Positions 27,954-38,193 of a DNA stretch of 40,516 bases are shown here, piece by piece. The position numbers and the translations under genes are program-made. The notes beneath the pieces are model-generated. The model was not told the DNA's origin and ran no database searches. It saw only the letters and a program-made list of their open reading frames with translations. Every line of letters starts with the position of its first letter. Position 1 is the first letter of the stretch. Source of the DNA: Gemmatimonadota bacterium (GTDB lineage: Bacteria > Gemmatimonadota > Gemmatimonadetes > Gemmatimonadales > GWC2-71-9); contig JBDHAB010000027.1 in NCBI GenBank assembly GCA_039588295.1, positions 1-40,516 on the forward strand. Direction: 5' to 3'.

Positions 27954-28864
27954 CTGCCAAAGTCATATCGGGATATGTGCGGCGGGCCGGGTTGGTGGAT
28001 GTGTTGGGCGCGTATGGCAAGATGAACGTCCAGGGTGAGGAGCAACAGAAGCTCGACGTCATCGCCAACGAGACGATCAAGCAGGCGATCGGGTTCACCG
28101 GACGCGTCTGTGTGATGGCGTCGGAGGAGGAGGGAGACCCGGTTCCCATTCCGAGGGAGCGGAATCCCGGAAAGTACGTGCTGCTGTACGACCCGCTCGA
28201 CGGGTCGTCGAACATCGACGTCAACGTGTCCATCGGGACGATCTTCTCGGTGCACCGTCGTGTCACCAAGGACGGTCCTGGAACGCTCGAGGACTGCTTA
28301 CAGGCCGGTCGCCGCCAGGTCGCCGCGGGCTATGTCATCTACGGGTCCAGCACGGTCCTGGTGTACAGCGTGGGGCACGGGGTTCACGTTTTCACGCTCG
28401 ATCCGACCATCGGTGAGTTCCGTCTGTGCCACGAAGACATCAAAACTCCGCGGGTAGGCAAGTATTACAGCGTCAACGAGAGCTATTACCAGCGCTGGAC
28501 GGACGGGTACCGGCGCGTCGTACAGATGTTCAAGGGCGTGGAAGACCCGGAGTCCCGCAAGAACGCGCGATACATCGGCTCCCTCGTTGCAGACTTTCAC
28601 CGCAACCTCTTGGCCGGCGGCGTGTTCATGTATCCGGCCGATTCAAAAGCCCCTCGGGGCAAGCTGCGGTTGTGCTATGAAGCCGCACCGCTGAGTTTCA
28701 TCGCCGAACAGGCGGGCGGCGCGGCGACGGACGGCGCGCAGCCAATTCTCGACCTGGAGCCGACGGAGCTGCACCAGCGAACGCCGCTCCTGCTCGGCAG
28801 CATCGAGGACGTCGAGTTCGTACAGCGAGTGGTGACCGAGACGGACGCGGCGGCCGTGACGTGA
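27845..28864 (+). CDS. fbp: Class I fructose-1,6-bisphosphatase
   Basis: [36 protein letters not shown] and GKLRLCYE motifs. GTG start at 27845 with GGGAG Shine-Dalgarno, inside the comEC tail. Confidence 0.96.
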   Translation: MPDSSIVTIERFILKQERLYPEATGDLTSLLYDIALAAKVISGYVRRAGLVDVLGAYGKMNVQGEEQQKLDVIANETIKQAIGFTGRVCVMASEEEGDPVPIPRERNPGKYVLLYDPLDGSSNIDVNVSIGTIFSVHRRVTKDGPGTLEDCLQAGRRQVAAGYVIYGSSTVLVYSVGHGVHVFTLDPTIGEFRLCHEDIKTPRVGKYYSVNESYYQRWTDGYRRVVQMFKGVEDPESRKNARYIGSLVADFHRNLLAGGVFMYPADSKAPRGKLRLCYEAAPLSFIAEQAGGAATDGAQPILDLEPTELHQRTPLLLGSIEDVEFVQRVVTETDAAAVT

Positions 28865-30423
28865 GCCCAACTCGGCGGTCGCCATCGGGGCTGCCAATCG
28901 ACGAGGTCTACGGACCGCAGAACGCGCGCTCCGTGGATGAGCCGCCCGGCGCGTTCCCGTTTACGCGGGGCATTCACCCCACCATGTACCGGGGTCGGCT
29001 GTGGACTATGCGCCAGTACGCGGGGTTCGGGACGGCCGATCAGACCAATCGTCGGTTCCGCGAGCTCCTGAGCGCGGGCCAGACTGGTCTCTCCGTCGCG
29101 TTCGATCTGCCCACCCAGATGGGATTCGACTCCGATGCAGACGCTGCGACGGGGGAGGTCGGGCGGGCCGGCGTGGCCATCGACACGGTGGACGACCTGG
29201 CAAGACTGTTCGACGGGATCCCCCTGGATCGGGTGTCCACGTCGATGACGATCAATGCGACGGCGGCGGTCTTGCTGGCGATGTACATCGTGGTGTGCGA
29301 GGAGCGCGGCGGCGAGCGATCCCAGCTCCGCGGCACGGTGCAGAACGACGTCCTCAAGGAATACGTGGCGCGAGGGACGTATATCTTCCCGGTCCAGCCG
29401 TCCCTGCGACTCGTCACAGACATCTTCCGGTTCGTTACCGACCAAGGCATGAACTTCAATCCGATTTCGATCAGCGGCTACCACATGCGCGAAGCCGGTG
29501 CCACAGCGGTCCAAGAAGTCGCGTTCACGTTTGCGAACGCGCTGGAGTACCTCGACCGCGCCGTTGACACCGGACTCGACATCGAGGCCCTAGCACCACG
29601 CGTCTCGTTCTTCTTTGCCGCACACAACGACCTGTTTGAGGAGATCGCGAAGTTCCGTGCGGCGCGCCGCCTCTGGGCCGCGCTGATGCGCGAACGCTAT
29701 GGCGCAGCCGAATCGAGTTGCCGCCTGCGGTTTCACACCCAGACGGGAGGTTCGACACTCACAGCGCAGCAACCGCACAACAATATTGTCCGGGTCGCGG
29801 TGCAGGCTTTGGCTGCCATCCTGGGAGGTACCCAGTCTCTGCACACGAACAGCTTTGACGAAGCCCTGTCGTTGCCGTCGGCCGAGGCGGCACGGCTCGC
29901 CCTGCGAACCCAGCAGATCCTGGCGCACGAATCTGGTGTGGCGCAGACGGTGGATCCGCTTGGCGGGTCCTATTATGTGGAACACCTGACCGAGTCTCTG
30001 GAGCGTGAGGCGCGCGGGTTGCTCTCCGTCGTCGCGGAGATGGGCGGTGCAGCGGAAGCCATCGAGCGCGGGTTCTTCCAAGATGCCATAGCCCGATCCG
30101 CATACGAGTATCAGCGTGCCATCGAAGCGGGTGACGTACAGGTCGTCGGTGTGAATCGATTCGCAGTCGAAGAGGACACGCCGACCCTGAAGGAACCCGA
30201 CTATTCGGCCCTTGCCGAGCAGCAGGTTCGCCTCGTGAAGCAGGCGAGGGCGCAACGCAATCGGGCCCAGTGGCGCACCGCCTTGGGCGAGGTGGCGCTG
30301 GCCGCACGCTCGGACAGCTCGCTCATGCCGGTGATCATCGAGGCTGTCCGCGCGCGCGCGAGCGTGGGTGAGATCTCCGAGACGCTACGCGAGGCGTGGG
30401 GCAGCTACCGCCCTGCGGCTTGA
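28861..30423 (+). CDS. Methylmalonyl-CoA mutase family, large (substrate-binding) subunit
   Basis: [38 protein letters not shown] and GGTQSLHTN motifs; no DxHxxG B12-binding domain. Confidence 0.93.
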   Translation: MSPTRRSPSGLPIDEVYGPQNARSVDEPPGAFPFTRGIHPTMYRGRLWTMRQYAGFGTADQTNRRFRELLSAGQTGLSVAFDLPTQMGFDSDADAATGEVGRAGVAIDTVDDLARLFDGIPLDRVSTSMTINATAAVLLAMYIVVCEERGGERSQLRGTVQNDVLKEYVARGTYIFPVQPSLRLVTDIFRFVTDQGMNFNPISISGYHMREAGATAVQEVAFTFANALEYLDRAVDTGLDIEALAPRVSFFFAAHNDLFEEIAKFRAARRLWAALMRERYGAAESSCRLRFHTQTGGSTLTAQQPHNNIVRVAVQALAAILGGTQSLHTNSFDEALSLPSAEAARLALRTQQILAHESGVAQTVDPLGGSYYVEHLTESLEREARGLLSVVAEMGGAAEAIERGFFQDAIARSAYEYQRAIEAGDVQVVGVNRFAVEEDTPTLKEPDYSALAEQQVRLVKQARAQRNRAQWRTALGEVALAARSDSSLMPVIIEAVRARASVGEISETLREAWGSYRPAA

Positions 30424-30448
30424 CCCTACCGGCGAAAGCGGCTAAGTT
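30420..30448 (+). promoter_or_regulatory. Putative promoter for the zinc-ribbon/argS run
   Basis: TTGACC(30420-25)-N17-TAAGTT(30443-48) in an AT-richer gap. Confidence 0.55.
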
Positions 30449-30482
30449 CGCTATTCTCATGTAGTTACAGGATCGAACTCGC

Positions 30483-30785
30483 ATGCCGACGTATAGCTAC
30501 CGTTGCCCGAAATGCGGCAATGAGTATGACGCGTTTCAAAAGATGTCTGACGAGGTCAGGGCCCGGTGTCCCAGGTGTGGCACCCGGGGAGATCGGCAGA
30601 TCTCGGGTGGGGCGGGGCTCGTCTTCAAGGGGTCGGGCTTCTACGTCACGGACTACAAGCGTTCGGGCGCGGAAAAGGCTGATGGCCCGCCAGAGACGAG
30701 TGAGAAGCCAAGTGAGAAGAAGAAGAAGCCTGATGCCGCGACCCCACCGTCGGCGCCGGACAAGAAGCCGGGAGCCGACTCTTGA
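30483..30785 (+). CDS. FmdB-family zinc-ribbon protein
   Basis: MPTYSYRCPKCG...CPRCG...FKGSGFYVTDY, followed by a low-complexity K/S/P tail. Confidence 0.92.
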   Translation: MPTYSYRCPKCGNEYDAFQKMSDEVRARCPRCGTRGDRQISGGAGLVFKGSGFYVTDYKRSGAEKADGPPETSEKPSEKKKKPDAATPPSAPDKKPGADS

Positions 30786-32431
30786 CCGATACCGCAGATT
30801 GGCTGCGAGACGCACTGCAGGAGGTCGCGCGGTCGCTCGGCCATGCGGACGCCGAGATCCTGGTCGAGCGACCGCGCGACCCGTCGCATGGTGATTTCGC
30901 GACGAATATTGCGCTGCAACTCGCCCAACCGTTGCAGCGGAATCCCCGGGAGCTGGCTCGGGCGGTCCTCTCCCAATTGGATCTCCCGGCTGAACTCGTT
31001 GAACGAACCGAGATCGCGGGTCCAGGCTTCATCAACTTCTGGCTTGCGAAATCGGCGGTGGGCTCCGTCTTGCGCACCGCCTTGGCACGAGGGACGGCGT
31101 ATGGACGGTCCGACGTCGGCAACGGCCGGCGTGTCAACGTGGAGTTTGTCTCGGCCAACCCGACCGGTCCGCTCCACGTCGGCCACGGGCGCGGCGCGGC
31201 GTTGGGTGACGCAATTGCCTCGCTGCTCGAGGCCACCGGCCACGCGGTCACCAGGGAATTCTACGTCAACGATGCAGGGCTTCAGGTGGAGCGATTGGCG
31301 CAGTCCCTGTGGGCACGGGTGCAGCAGGCTGCTGGGCAACCGGCCGAGATTCCCGAGGGTGGGTATCACGGCGCGTACTTGCAGGACCTGGCGGCGAAGA
31401 TCCTGGCGGAGCACGGATCGGAGGTTGTTGCGCTCCCGGCGGAGGATGGGATAGCGCGGTGCCGCGAGATCGGGGTCCGCAGCCAGCGGGAGGAACAGGA
31501 TCGAGACCTGGCAGATTTCGGTGTGCGTTTTGATGTCAGTTCGTCGGAACGGCAGTTGTATGAGGGTGACGCGCTCCGCGAGACGCTGCAGGCGCTGGAG
31601 CAGGGTGGGCACATCTATGAGCGGGACGGTGCGCTGTGGCTCCGTACGACCCAGTTCGGCGATACCAAGGACCGCGTTCTCCGGAAAAGTGACGGATCGT
31701 ACACCTATTTCCTGCCGGACATCGCCTACCATCGTAACAAGTGGCAGCGAGGGTTTTCGGAGGCCATCGACGTGTGGGGGGCGGACCACCACGGGTACGT
31801 ACCGCGAATGCAATCCGCGCTCCGGGCCCTCGGTGCGCCAGAGGCATTCTTCAAGGCCGTCATCGTACAGCTCGTCCGGGTGGTGCGTCACGGGGCCGAG
31901 GTACGCTTCTCGAAGCGGTCCGGCGAGTTCGTGACGCTACGCGATCTGTATGAGGAAACCGGCGTCGACGCCGCCCGCTATTTCTTCCTCATGCGACGCG
32001 GTGAGGCACAGTTCGTGTTCGACATCGACCTCGCCACGAAGCAGTCGGAGGAGAACCCCGTGTACTACGTGCAGTACGCCCACACCCGGATGGCCGGAAT
32101 CTTCCGGACCGGCAGCATCGATCCTGCGCTGATGTCGGCAGACGGCGTCGATGTGACGTTGCTGAACGAGGGCGTGGAGCAGGAACTCATCAGGCGGCTA
32201 GCTGAATACCCGGCGGTCGTTTGCAAGGCTGCCGAGGCACTCGAGCCGCACCGCGTCGTGGGGTTTCTCGAGGACGTCGCACGGCTCGTCAATGGCTGGT
32301 ACCACCATCATCGCGTCCTGGGTGTCGGGCCAGAGCTGGAACGCGCCCGGCTGGTGCTGGCGCGTGCGTCGCAAATTGTCCTGGCCAATGGTCTCAATCT
32401 GCTGGGAGTGACGGCTCCCGAACGGATGTGA
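30782..32431 (+). CDS. argS: Arginine--tRNA ligase
   Basis: HGDFATN, GPGFIN, EFVSANPTGPLHVGH (HIGH), WGADHHGY, YVQYAH and terminal APERM; TTG start overlapping the upstream stop. Confidence 0.98.
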   Translation: MTDTADWLRDALQEVARSLGHADAEILVERPRDPSHGDFATNIALQLAQPLQRNPRELARAVLSQLDLPAELVERTEIAGPGFINFWLAKSAVGSVLRTALARGTAYGRSDVGNGRRVNVEFVSANPTGPLHVGHGRGAALGDAIASLLEATGHAVTREFYVNDAGLQVERLAQSLWARVQQAAGQPAEIPEGGYHGAYLQDLAAKILAEHGSEVVALPAEDGIARCREIGVRSQREEQDRDLADFGVRFDVSSSERQLYEGDALRETLQALEQGGHIYERDGALWLRTTQFGDTKDRVLRKSDGSYTYFLPDIAYHRNKWQRGFSEAIDVWGADHHGYVPRMQSALRALGAPEAFFKAVIVQLVRVVRHGAEVRFSKRSGEFVTLRDLYEETGVDAARYFFLMRRGEAQFVFDIDLATKQSEENPVYYVQYAHTRMAGIFRTGSIDPALMSADGVDVTLLNEGVEQELIRRLAEYPAVVCKAAEALEPHRVVGFLEDVARLVNGWYHHHRVLGVGPELERARLVLARASQIVLANGLNLLGVTAPERM

Positions 32432-32433
32432 AC

Positions 32434-33363
32434 ATGAGTTTGCTCGTGGTTGGCAGTATCGCGCTTGACTCGGTCCAGACACCATTTGGGGCCACGGCCG
32501 ATGCAGTGGGTGGATCTGCGATGTTCTTCAGTCACGCCGCGAGCATCCTGCACCCGGTGCAGGTCGTGGGCGTCGTGGGAGATGACTACCCCTCCGAAGC
32601 GCTCGACCGGCTGGGGGAGGCGGGAGTGGACCTGGGTGGGGTAGAGCGTCGAACGGGTGAGAGTTTTCGGTGGAAGGGAAAGTACTCGTACGATCTGCAG
32701 AATCGCGAGACCCTCGAGACGCGACTTGGAGTGTTCGCGACCTTCGCGCCGAGTATCCCATCGGAGTTCCGCGACGCACGCTACGTATTCTTGGGGAACA
32801 TCGACCCGGAACTGCAGCTGAGCGTGCTGGACCAGATCCACGATCCCGTGCTCGTTGCGTGCGATACCATGAACTACTGGATCCACGGCAAGCGCACGAG
32901 CTTGCTCGAGCTGCTCGAGCGGATCGATGTGTTGCTCGTGAATGATGCCGAGGCCCGCGAGTTGTCGGGGGACTGGAACGTGTATCGTGCTGCGCGGTGG
33001 ATCGTCGACCGCGGACCACGCATCGTGGTGGTGAAGCAAGGGGTCTACGGTGCGGTCTTGCTGGAAGACAATCGGGTCTTCTACGTCCCGGCCTTCCCAC
33101 TCGAGGAGGTCTACGATCCGACCGGTGCGGGAGACGCGTTTGCCGGTGGGTTCATGGCGCACCTCGCCAGGTCCGACGACGTCGCGCCCGCCAACCTGCG
33201 CCGCGCGATGGTGTACGGATCGGCGATGGGGTCATTCGCGGTGGAACGGTTCTCGGTGCGACGGTTTGAAGAGATCGGACCCGCTGAAGTGACGGCGCGC
33301 GTCCGCGAGTTTGCCGAGCTGGTGCGCTTCGACATCGAGCCGGCGTCGGACCAGGAGCCCTGA
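32434..33363 (+). CDS. PfkB/ribokinase-family kinase
   Basis: VVGSIALD, GGSA, DTMNYWI, VNDAEAR and DPTGAGDAFAGG (PfkB signature 2). Confidence 0.92.
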   Translation: MSLLVVGSIALDSVQTPFGATADAVGGSAMFFSHAASILHPVQVVGVVGDDYPSEALDRLGEAGVDLGGVERRTGESFRWKGKYSYDLQNRETLETRLGVFATFAPSIPSEFRDARYVFLGNIDPELQLSVLDQIHDPVLVACDTMNYWIHGKRTSLLELLERIDVLLVNDAEARELSGDWNVYRAARWIVDRGPRIVVVKQGVYGAVLLEDNRVFYVPAFPLEEVYDPTGAGDAFAGGFMAHLARSDDVAPANLRRAMVYGSAMGSFAVERFSVRRFEEIGPAEVTARVREFAELVRFDIEPASDQEP

Positions 33364-33392
33364 GCGTTCCAGGTGCGCACGAGGGCGTTGGC

Positions 33393-34415
33393 GTGAGCGG
33401 CGCGGAACGGTATCGCCAGGCGGGCGTCGATTTGGCGGCGGCAGAACAGGCCAAACTGCGGATCGCCGAGTCCGTGGCATCGACGCGGACCGAGCTGTCC
33501 CGGGGGCTCGTGGGCGGCTTCGGGGGCATGGTTCGAATCCCTGACGACCTCGCCGCACCCACACTCGTCATGAGCACCGATGGGGTCGGGACCAAGGTCC
33601 TCGTGGCGATCCGTGCCGCGCGGCACGACACGGTGGGTGAGGATCTGCTCAACCACTCCGTGAACGACATCCTCGTGCATGGTGCAACGCCGCTGGCATT
33701 CCTCGACTATATCGCGGCGGCTGAGGTAGCCGTAGAGACGGTTGCCGCGCTCGTCGAAGGCGTGGCACGTGGGTGCCGGGCGCACGACGTGACGCTCGCC
33801 GGCGGGGAGACGGCCCAGCTGCCCGACCTGTATCAGCCCGGCCACTACGACCTCGCCGGGACCATCATCGGAGTCGTTGCTGCTGGGCGTGCGTTGCACG
33901 GCGACCGGGTCCGTGTGGGAGATGTGTTGGTGGGGTATGCGTCCAGCGGCCTGCACACCAACGGCTACACGCTTGCGCGTCGAATCGTGTTCGAAGAACT
34001 GGGCTTGGCCATCGACAGCATGATGCCTGGGCTCCGGACGTCAGTTGGCGACCTGCTGCTGGCAGTCCATCGCAGCTACTGGCACGCGATCCACCCTGTG
34101 CTGCCCCAGATCAACGCGTTGGCGCATATCACCGGGGGCGGGATTCCCGGAAACCTGCGCCGCTCACTCCGTGCCGGCTGCGCCGCCGAAGTGGAGCGTT
34201 CCAGTTGGACCGTGCCGCCACTGTTCATGGTGTTGCAGGAGGCGGGACGGGTCGCCGCGGACGAAATGTTCCAGGTCTTCAACATGGGGATCGGTATGAT
34301 CGCCGTTGTTGCCGGGGAGCGCGTTGACTCGGTGCGCCGTGCGGCGCGCGATGTCGACATCGAGACCTGGGTCGTGGGAGAGGTGGTGCCTGGTGACGGA
34401 GTCCGTCTCGTTTGA
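33393..34415 (+). CDS. purM: Phosphoribosylformylglycinamidine cyclo-ligase (AIR synthetase)
   Basis: Y..AGVD, TDGVGTK, GGETA, SSGLHTNGY, HITGGG and FNMGIG motifs. Confidence 0.97.
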   Translation: MSGAERYRQAGVDLAAAEQAKLRIAESVASTRTELSRGLVGGFGGMVRIPDDLAAPTLVMSTDGVGTKVLVAIRAARHDTVGEDLLNHSVNDILVHGATPLAFLDYIAAAEVAVETVAALVEGVARGCRAHDVTLAGGETAQLPDLYQPGHYDLAGTIIGVVAAGRALHGDRVRVGDVLVGYASSGLHTNGYTLARRIVFEELGLAIDSMMPGLRTSVGDLLLAVHRSYWHAIHPVLPQINALAHITGGGIPGNLRRSLRAGCAAEVERSSWTVPPLFMVLQEAGRVAADEMFQVFNMGIGMIAVVAGERVDSVRRAARDVDIETWVVGEVVPGDGVRLV

Positions 34416-34422
34416 CGCGGCG

Positions 34423-35508
34423 GTGACCGAGCGCGACGCCATGGCGCGGGCGATCGACCTGGCCCTCGGTGGTTGGGGGCGGGTTCATCCGAATCCGCTC
34501 GTGGGCGCCGTACTGCTCCGAGAGGGTCGCATCATCGCCGAGGGCTTTCACGGTGAGTTCGGGGCTCCGCATGCGGAGATCGAAGCACTCGGATCCTGCA
34601 CCCAGCCTCAGGGTGCGACGTGTGTCGTGAACCTCGAGCCGTGTGCCCATGCCGGGAAGACTCCCCCGTGCGCCGACGCGCTGATCCGCGCTGGCGTCAC
34701 CCGGGTGGTGTACGCCGTGCGGGATCCCGACCGCGAGGCTGGCGGGGGTGGGGAGCGGCTGCGGCAGGCCGGCGTAGACGTCGTCGAAGGATGTGGGTGG
34801 CAAGATGCGGCCGCGCTCAACGCGTCGTTCTTGTGGTCGCGCGTCCGCCCAACCCGGCCGTTTGTCGCGTTGAAGCTCGCGACCTCGCTCGACGGATTCT
34901 TGGCGGACGAGCGCGAGAAGTCCCGCTGGGTCTCCGGACCGGAAGCGCGGGATTTCGTGCACTGGTTGCGAGCCGGGTACGACGCGATCGCCGTCGGACG
35001 GCGCACGGCGGAGATCGATGATCCGCGTCTCACGGTGCGGGGATCCGTCGAGCCACGGGTACCGCCGCGGCGCGTGGTGTTCGCGCGGAATGGCGCACTC
35101 GGGAGGAACCTCAACGTGGTGCGATCGGCCCAGGAGGTTCCGACAGCGGTGCTGACCGCTCGGGAATCCGAGGAGCGCCTCCGCTCCGAGCTTGCGGGGA
35201 CGGGTGTGACGGTGCGCGGCACGTCCGGTCTGACGCAGGCGCTGGCGCTGCTTCGTGAGATGCAGGTGCGGTCGCTGTTGGTGGAGGGGGGCGGGATCCT
35301 GGCCACGGCCCTGCTCGAAGCGGGCCTCGTGGATCGCTTCTACTGGATTCAGGCTCCGCTGTGGCTGGGGCGGGGCCGGGCCGCCTTTCCACAGCTGCCG
35401 GGGTCGCTACTGGCAGAGGCGGCTCGATGGGCCGTCACCGAGCGCCGGGCGCTGGGACGGGATACATTACTGGTGGTGGATCGAAAGCTATGTTCACCGG
35501 GATTGTGA
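34423..35508 (+). CDS. ribD: Bifunctional riboflavin deaminase/reductase RibD
   Basis: PNPLVGAV, HAE, LEPCAHAGKTPPC, SLDG, DDPRLTVR and VEGG motifs. Start uncertain (GTG 34393, GTG 34423 or ATG 34441). Confidence 0.95.
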   Translation: MTERDAMARAIDLALGGWGRVHPNPLVGAVLLREGRIIAEGFHGEFGAPHAEIEALGSCTQPQGATCVVNLEPCAHAGKTPPCADALIRAGVTRVVYAVRDPDREAGGGGERLRQAGVDVVEGCGWQDAAALNASFLWSRVRPTRPFVALKLATSLDGFLADEREKSRWVSGPEARDFVHWLRAGYDAIAVGRRTAEIDDPRLTVRGSVEPRVPPRRVVFARNGALGRNLNVVRSAQEVPTAVLTARESEERLRSELAGTGVTVRGTSGLTQALALLREMQVRSLLVEGGGILATALLEAGLVDRFYWIQAPLWLGRGRAAFPQLPGSLLAEAARWAVTERRALGRDTLLVVDRKLCSPGL

Positions 35509-36104
35509 CTGCGTTGGGCGCGGTAGTCGACGTCACCCGTGACGCCGATCGCCTATCCTTTGCCATCGAATCCCCGTACGCCGATCTGCGGACCGGTGAG
35601 AGCGTGGCGGTGAACGGTGCCTGCCTCACCGTGGTCGAGGTGCGTAATGCCCGCTTCCGCGTCGAGGCCGTAGTGACGACTCGAGGCCGCACGCGGTTCG
35701 GTGATTTGCACGTGGGGGAAGCGGTCAACCTCGAGCGGGCCATGCAGATGGGTGACAGGTTCGGTGGACACCTCGTGCAGGGACACGTGGATGGTGTGGG
35801 GAAGGTGACCGAGGTCCGGGAGCAGGCGGACGCATTGCTCATCGATATCGCGGTACCCTCCGACGTTGCCGAGCTCTCGATTCCCTACGGATCGATCACG
35901 GTGGATGGAGTGAGCATGACGGTCAATGCCGTGCCCGAGCGCGGCGTCGTTCAGCTCTCGGTGATTCCGTTCACCCGAGAGCACACGACGCTGGGATCGC
36001 TCCAACCGGGTGACCAGGTGCATCTCGAGGCAGACGTCATTGGCAAGTACGTGCGGCAGCTGTTGGAGGAGCGCCGCATGCTGGATAACGAAGGAGGGGC
36101 CTGA
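35490..36104 (+). CDS. ribE: Riboflavin synthase
   Basis: N-terminal MFTGIV, SVAVNGACLTV, GGHLVQGHVD and GSITVDGVSMTV motifs. Confidence 0.97.
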   Translation: MFTGIVTALGAVVDVTRDADRLSFAIESPYADLRTGESVAVNGACLTVVEVRNARFRVEAVVTTRGRTRFGDLHVGEAVNLERAMQMGDRFGGHLVQGHVDGVGKVTEVREQADALLIDIAVPSDVAELSIPYGSITVDGVSMTVNAVPERGVVQLSVIPFTREHTTLGSLQPGDQVHLEADVIGKYVRQLLEERRMLDNEGGA

Positions 36105-37309
36105 TGCCGTTCGGTAGCATCGAACAGGCGATTGAAGACATTCGTCAGGGGAAACTCGTGCTCGTGGCCGATGACGAAGACCGCGAGAGTGAGGGTGATT
36201 TGGTGGGTGCGGCGGAGCAGGTGACGCCGGACATGATCAACTTCATGGCGAAGCACGGGCGCGGTCTGGTCTGCCTGACCCTCACCCCGGAGCGATGTCG
36301 GACGCTCGGGCTGCCGCAGATGACCGAGGAGAACTCCGACTCGTACGAAACGGCGTTCACGGTGAGTGTCGACGCGGCCAAGCGGTTTGGCGTCACTACG
36401 GGAATCTCGGCGGCGGACCGGGCCAAGACGGTGCAGGTCGCCATCGATCCCGCTACGGTGCCGTCGGACCTCCGACGACCGGGGCACGTGTTCCCGCTAC
36501 GCTCCCGCCCCGGCGGTGTTCTGCAGCGGGTTGGCCATACGGAAGCCTCGATTGATCTTGCGCGTCTGGCTGGGTTGTATCCCGGCGGCGTGATTTGCGA
36601 AGTCCTGTCCGATGACGGGACGATGATGCGACGCGTGCAGCTCGAGCGGTTCGCGGAGGTCCACGAGCTCACGTTTGTGACGGTCGCACAACTGGTCGCC
36701 TACCGTCTGCAAAATGAGCGACTCGTACATCGCGCTGCCGAAGCGAGAATGCCTACGCCCTATGGTGAGTTCCGCGTGATCGGATACGAAAACGACGTTG
36801 ACGATCGCGAGCACGTAGCGCTGGTTTTTGGGGAGGTCGCAGGTCAGGAGAACGTGCTCGTGCGGATGCACTCCAAGTGCCTGACCGGTGACGTCTTTCA
36901 ATCCCATCGGTGCGACTGCGGTCTGCAGCTCCGCAGCGCGATGCGTTTGATTGCCGAGGCGGGCTCCGGAGTGGTGGTCTACCTCGATCAAGAGGGGCGT
37001 GGTATCGGGCTCCTGAACAAGCTGAAAGCCTACGAGCTGCAGGACAGCGGCCACGACACGGTAGAAGCCAACGAGGCGCTCGGCTTCGCCCCGGATCTCA
37101 GGAACTATGGCATCGGAGCGCAGATTCTGATCGACTTGGGGCTCAGCTCGATGCGCGTGCTGACTAATAACCCACGCAAGATGGTTGGACTCGACGGCTA
37201 CGGCCTTGCGATCGCCGAGCGGGTGCCCCTCGTGGCGGATCCCAACGACGACAACCGAGCCTACCTCGAAGTCAAACGCGACAAGCTCGGCCACCTCTTT
37301 GCCCACTGA
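36104..37309 (+). CDS. ribBA: Bifunctional DHBP synthase / GTP cyclohydrolase II
   Basis: DDEDRESEGD, RPGHVFPL, GHTEA; RMHSKCLTGD, CDCG, QEGRGIGL and TNNPRK motifs. Confidence 0.97.
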   Translation: MPFGSIEQAIEDIRQGKLVLVADDEDRESEGDLVGAAEQVTPDMINFMAKHGRGLVCLTLTPERCRTLGLPQMTEENSDSYETAFTVSVDAAKRFGVTTGISAADRAKTVQVAIDPATVPSDLRRPGHVFPLRSRPGGVLQRVGHTEASIDLARLAGLYPGGVICEVLSDDGTMMRRVQLERFAEVHELTFVTVAQLVAYRLQNERLVHRAAEARMPTPYGEFRVIGYENDVDDREHVALVFGEVAGQENVLVRMHSKCLTGDVFQSHRCDCGLQLRSAMRLIAEAGSGVVVYLDQEGRGIGLLNKLKAYELQDSGHDTVEANEALGFAPDLRNYGIGAQILIDLGLSSMRVLTNNPRKMVGLDGYGLAIAERVPLVADPNDDNRAYLEVKRDKLGHLFAH

Positions 37310-37310
37310 G

Positions 37311-37793
37311 ATGGCCGCCGGTTCTGGTGCGGCTGACGCGCGGTCGGTCGGGCGCGCGCTCGTGGTCGCCAGCCGGTTCAACGAAGCCGTCACACGCCGA
37401 CTGCTCCAAGGTGCCGAGACGACACTGCACACGGTGGGCTTCGACCGCCACTCCGTCGACGTGGTGTGGGTGCCGGGCGCGTTCGAATTGCCGGTGGCGG
37501 TGCACCGAGGCCTCGCCACCGGGCGCTACGTGCTGGCGGTGGCGCTCGGCGCGGTCATCAGGGGAGAGACGCCCCACTTCGACTACATCTCTAGCGCGTG
37601 CAGTCACGGCCTCATGGGCACCGCGCTGCGCCACGGCATTCCCGTGGGCTTCGGCCTGCTCACCTGTGATACCATGCAACAGGCGTTGGCGCGGGCGGGT
37701 GGGGAGGCGGGCAACAAAGGAGCGGAAGCGGCGCAGGCGGCGGTCGAGACGTTGCGCGAGTTTGAGAGCCTAGGTGGCGCGGCTGCGGACTGA
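37311..37793 (+). CDS. ribH: 6,7-dimethyl-8-ribityllumazine synthase
   Basis: SRFN, VPGAFELP, GAVIRGETPHFDY and GNKG motifs. Confidence 0.96.
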   Translation: MAAGSGAADARSVGRALVVASRFNEAVTRRLLQGAETTLHTVGFDRHSVDVVWVPGAFELPVAVHRGLATGRYVLAVALGAVIRGETPHFDYISSACSHGLMGTALRHGIPVGFGLLTCDTMQQALARAGGEAGNKGAEAAQAAVETLREFESLGGAAAD

Positions 37794-38193
37794 AACCCGG
37801 GTGCGGGCGCGAGCCCTCCAGCTGTTGTATGCGTGGGAGGTGCAGGGTCGGCCACCCATGCCGACCGTCGTGGCGGGATTCCTCACGGGCCGCGCGCGGT
37901 GGCGCGGGATGCTGGAGCGTGCGGAACTCCTCGCGACGGCCGTTGCGGCGCAGGCCGAGGACCTCGATCGAGGGATTGCGGAGGCGGTTGACCACTGGAG
38001 ACTCGACCGCATTGGCGTGATCGAACAAAACATCCTGCGGCTGGCGCTCCACGAGCTCTCAACCGGTGGCGTCCCGCCCCGGGTCGCCATCAGCGAGGCT
38101 GTCCAGTTAGCGCGGTGGTTCGCGGGCCCCAGGGCGCCGGCATTCGTCAACGGCGTGCTCGATGGCTTGGCCCGACGTGCGGGGCAGCTGTGA
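37774..38193 (+). CDS. nusB: Transcription antitermination factor NusB
   Basis: RARALQLLY, WRLDRI, ILRLA, ISEAV and FVNGVLD motifs; canonical ribH-nusB order. Confidence 0.93.
   Translation: MARLRTETRVRARALQLLYAWEVQGRPPMPTVVAGFLTGRARWRGMLERAELLATAVAAQAEDLDRGIAEAVDHWRLDRIGVIEQNILRLALHELSTGGVPPRVAISEAVQLARWFAGPRAPAFVNGVLDGLARRAGQL

Noticed and set aside
28840..28870. Cobalamin riboswitch before the mutase
   Set aside because: The mutase start overlaps the fbp stop; there is no leader.
34380..34445. FMN riboswitch before the rib genes
   Set aside because: ribD follows purM almost directly; no space and no RFN motifs.
2063..37519. Many long antisense or alternate-frame ORFs (e.g. 2063-3121, 9858-11282, 19019-20272, 22507-23760, 30653-31891, 36497-37519)
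   Set aside because: Shadows of well-identified genes, rich in Arg/Pro/His/Ala, with no domains or ribosome-binding sites.
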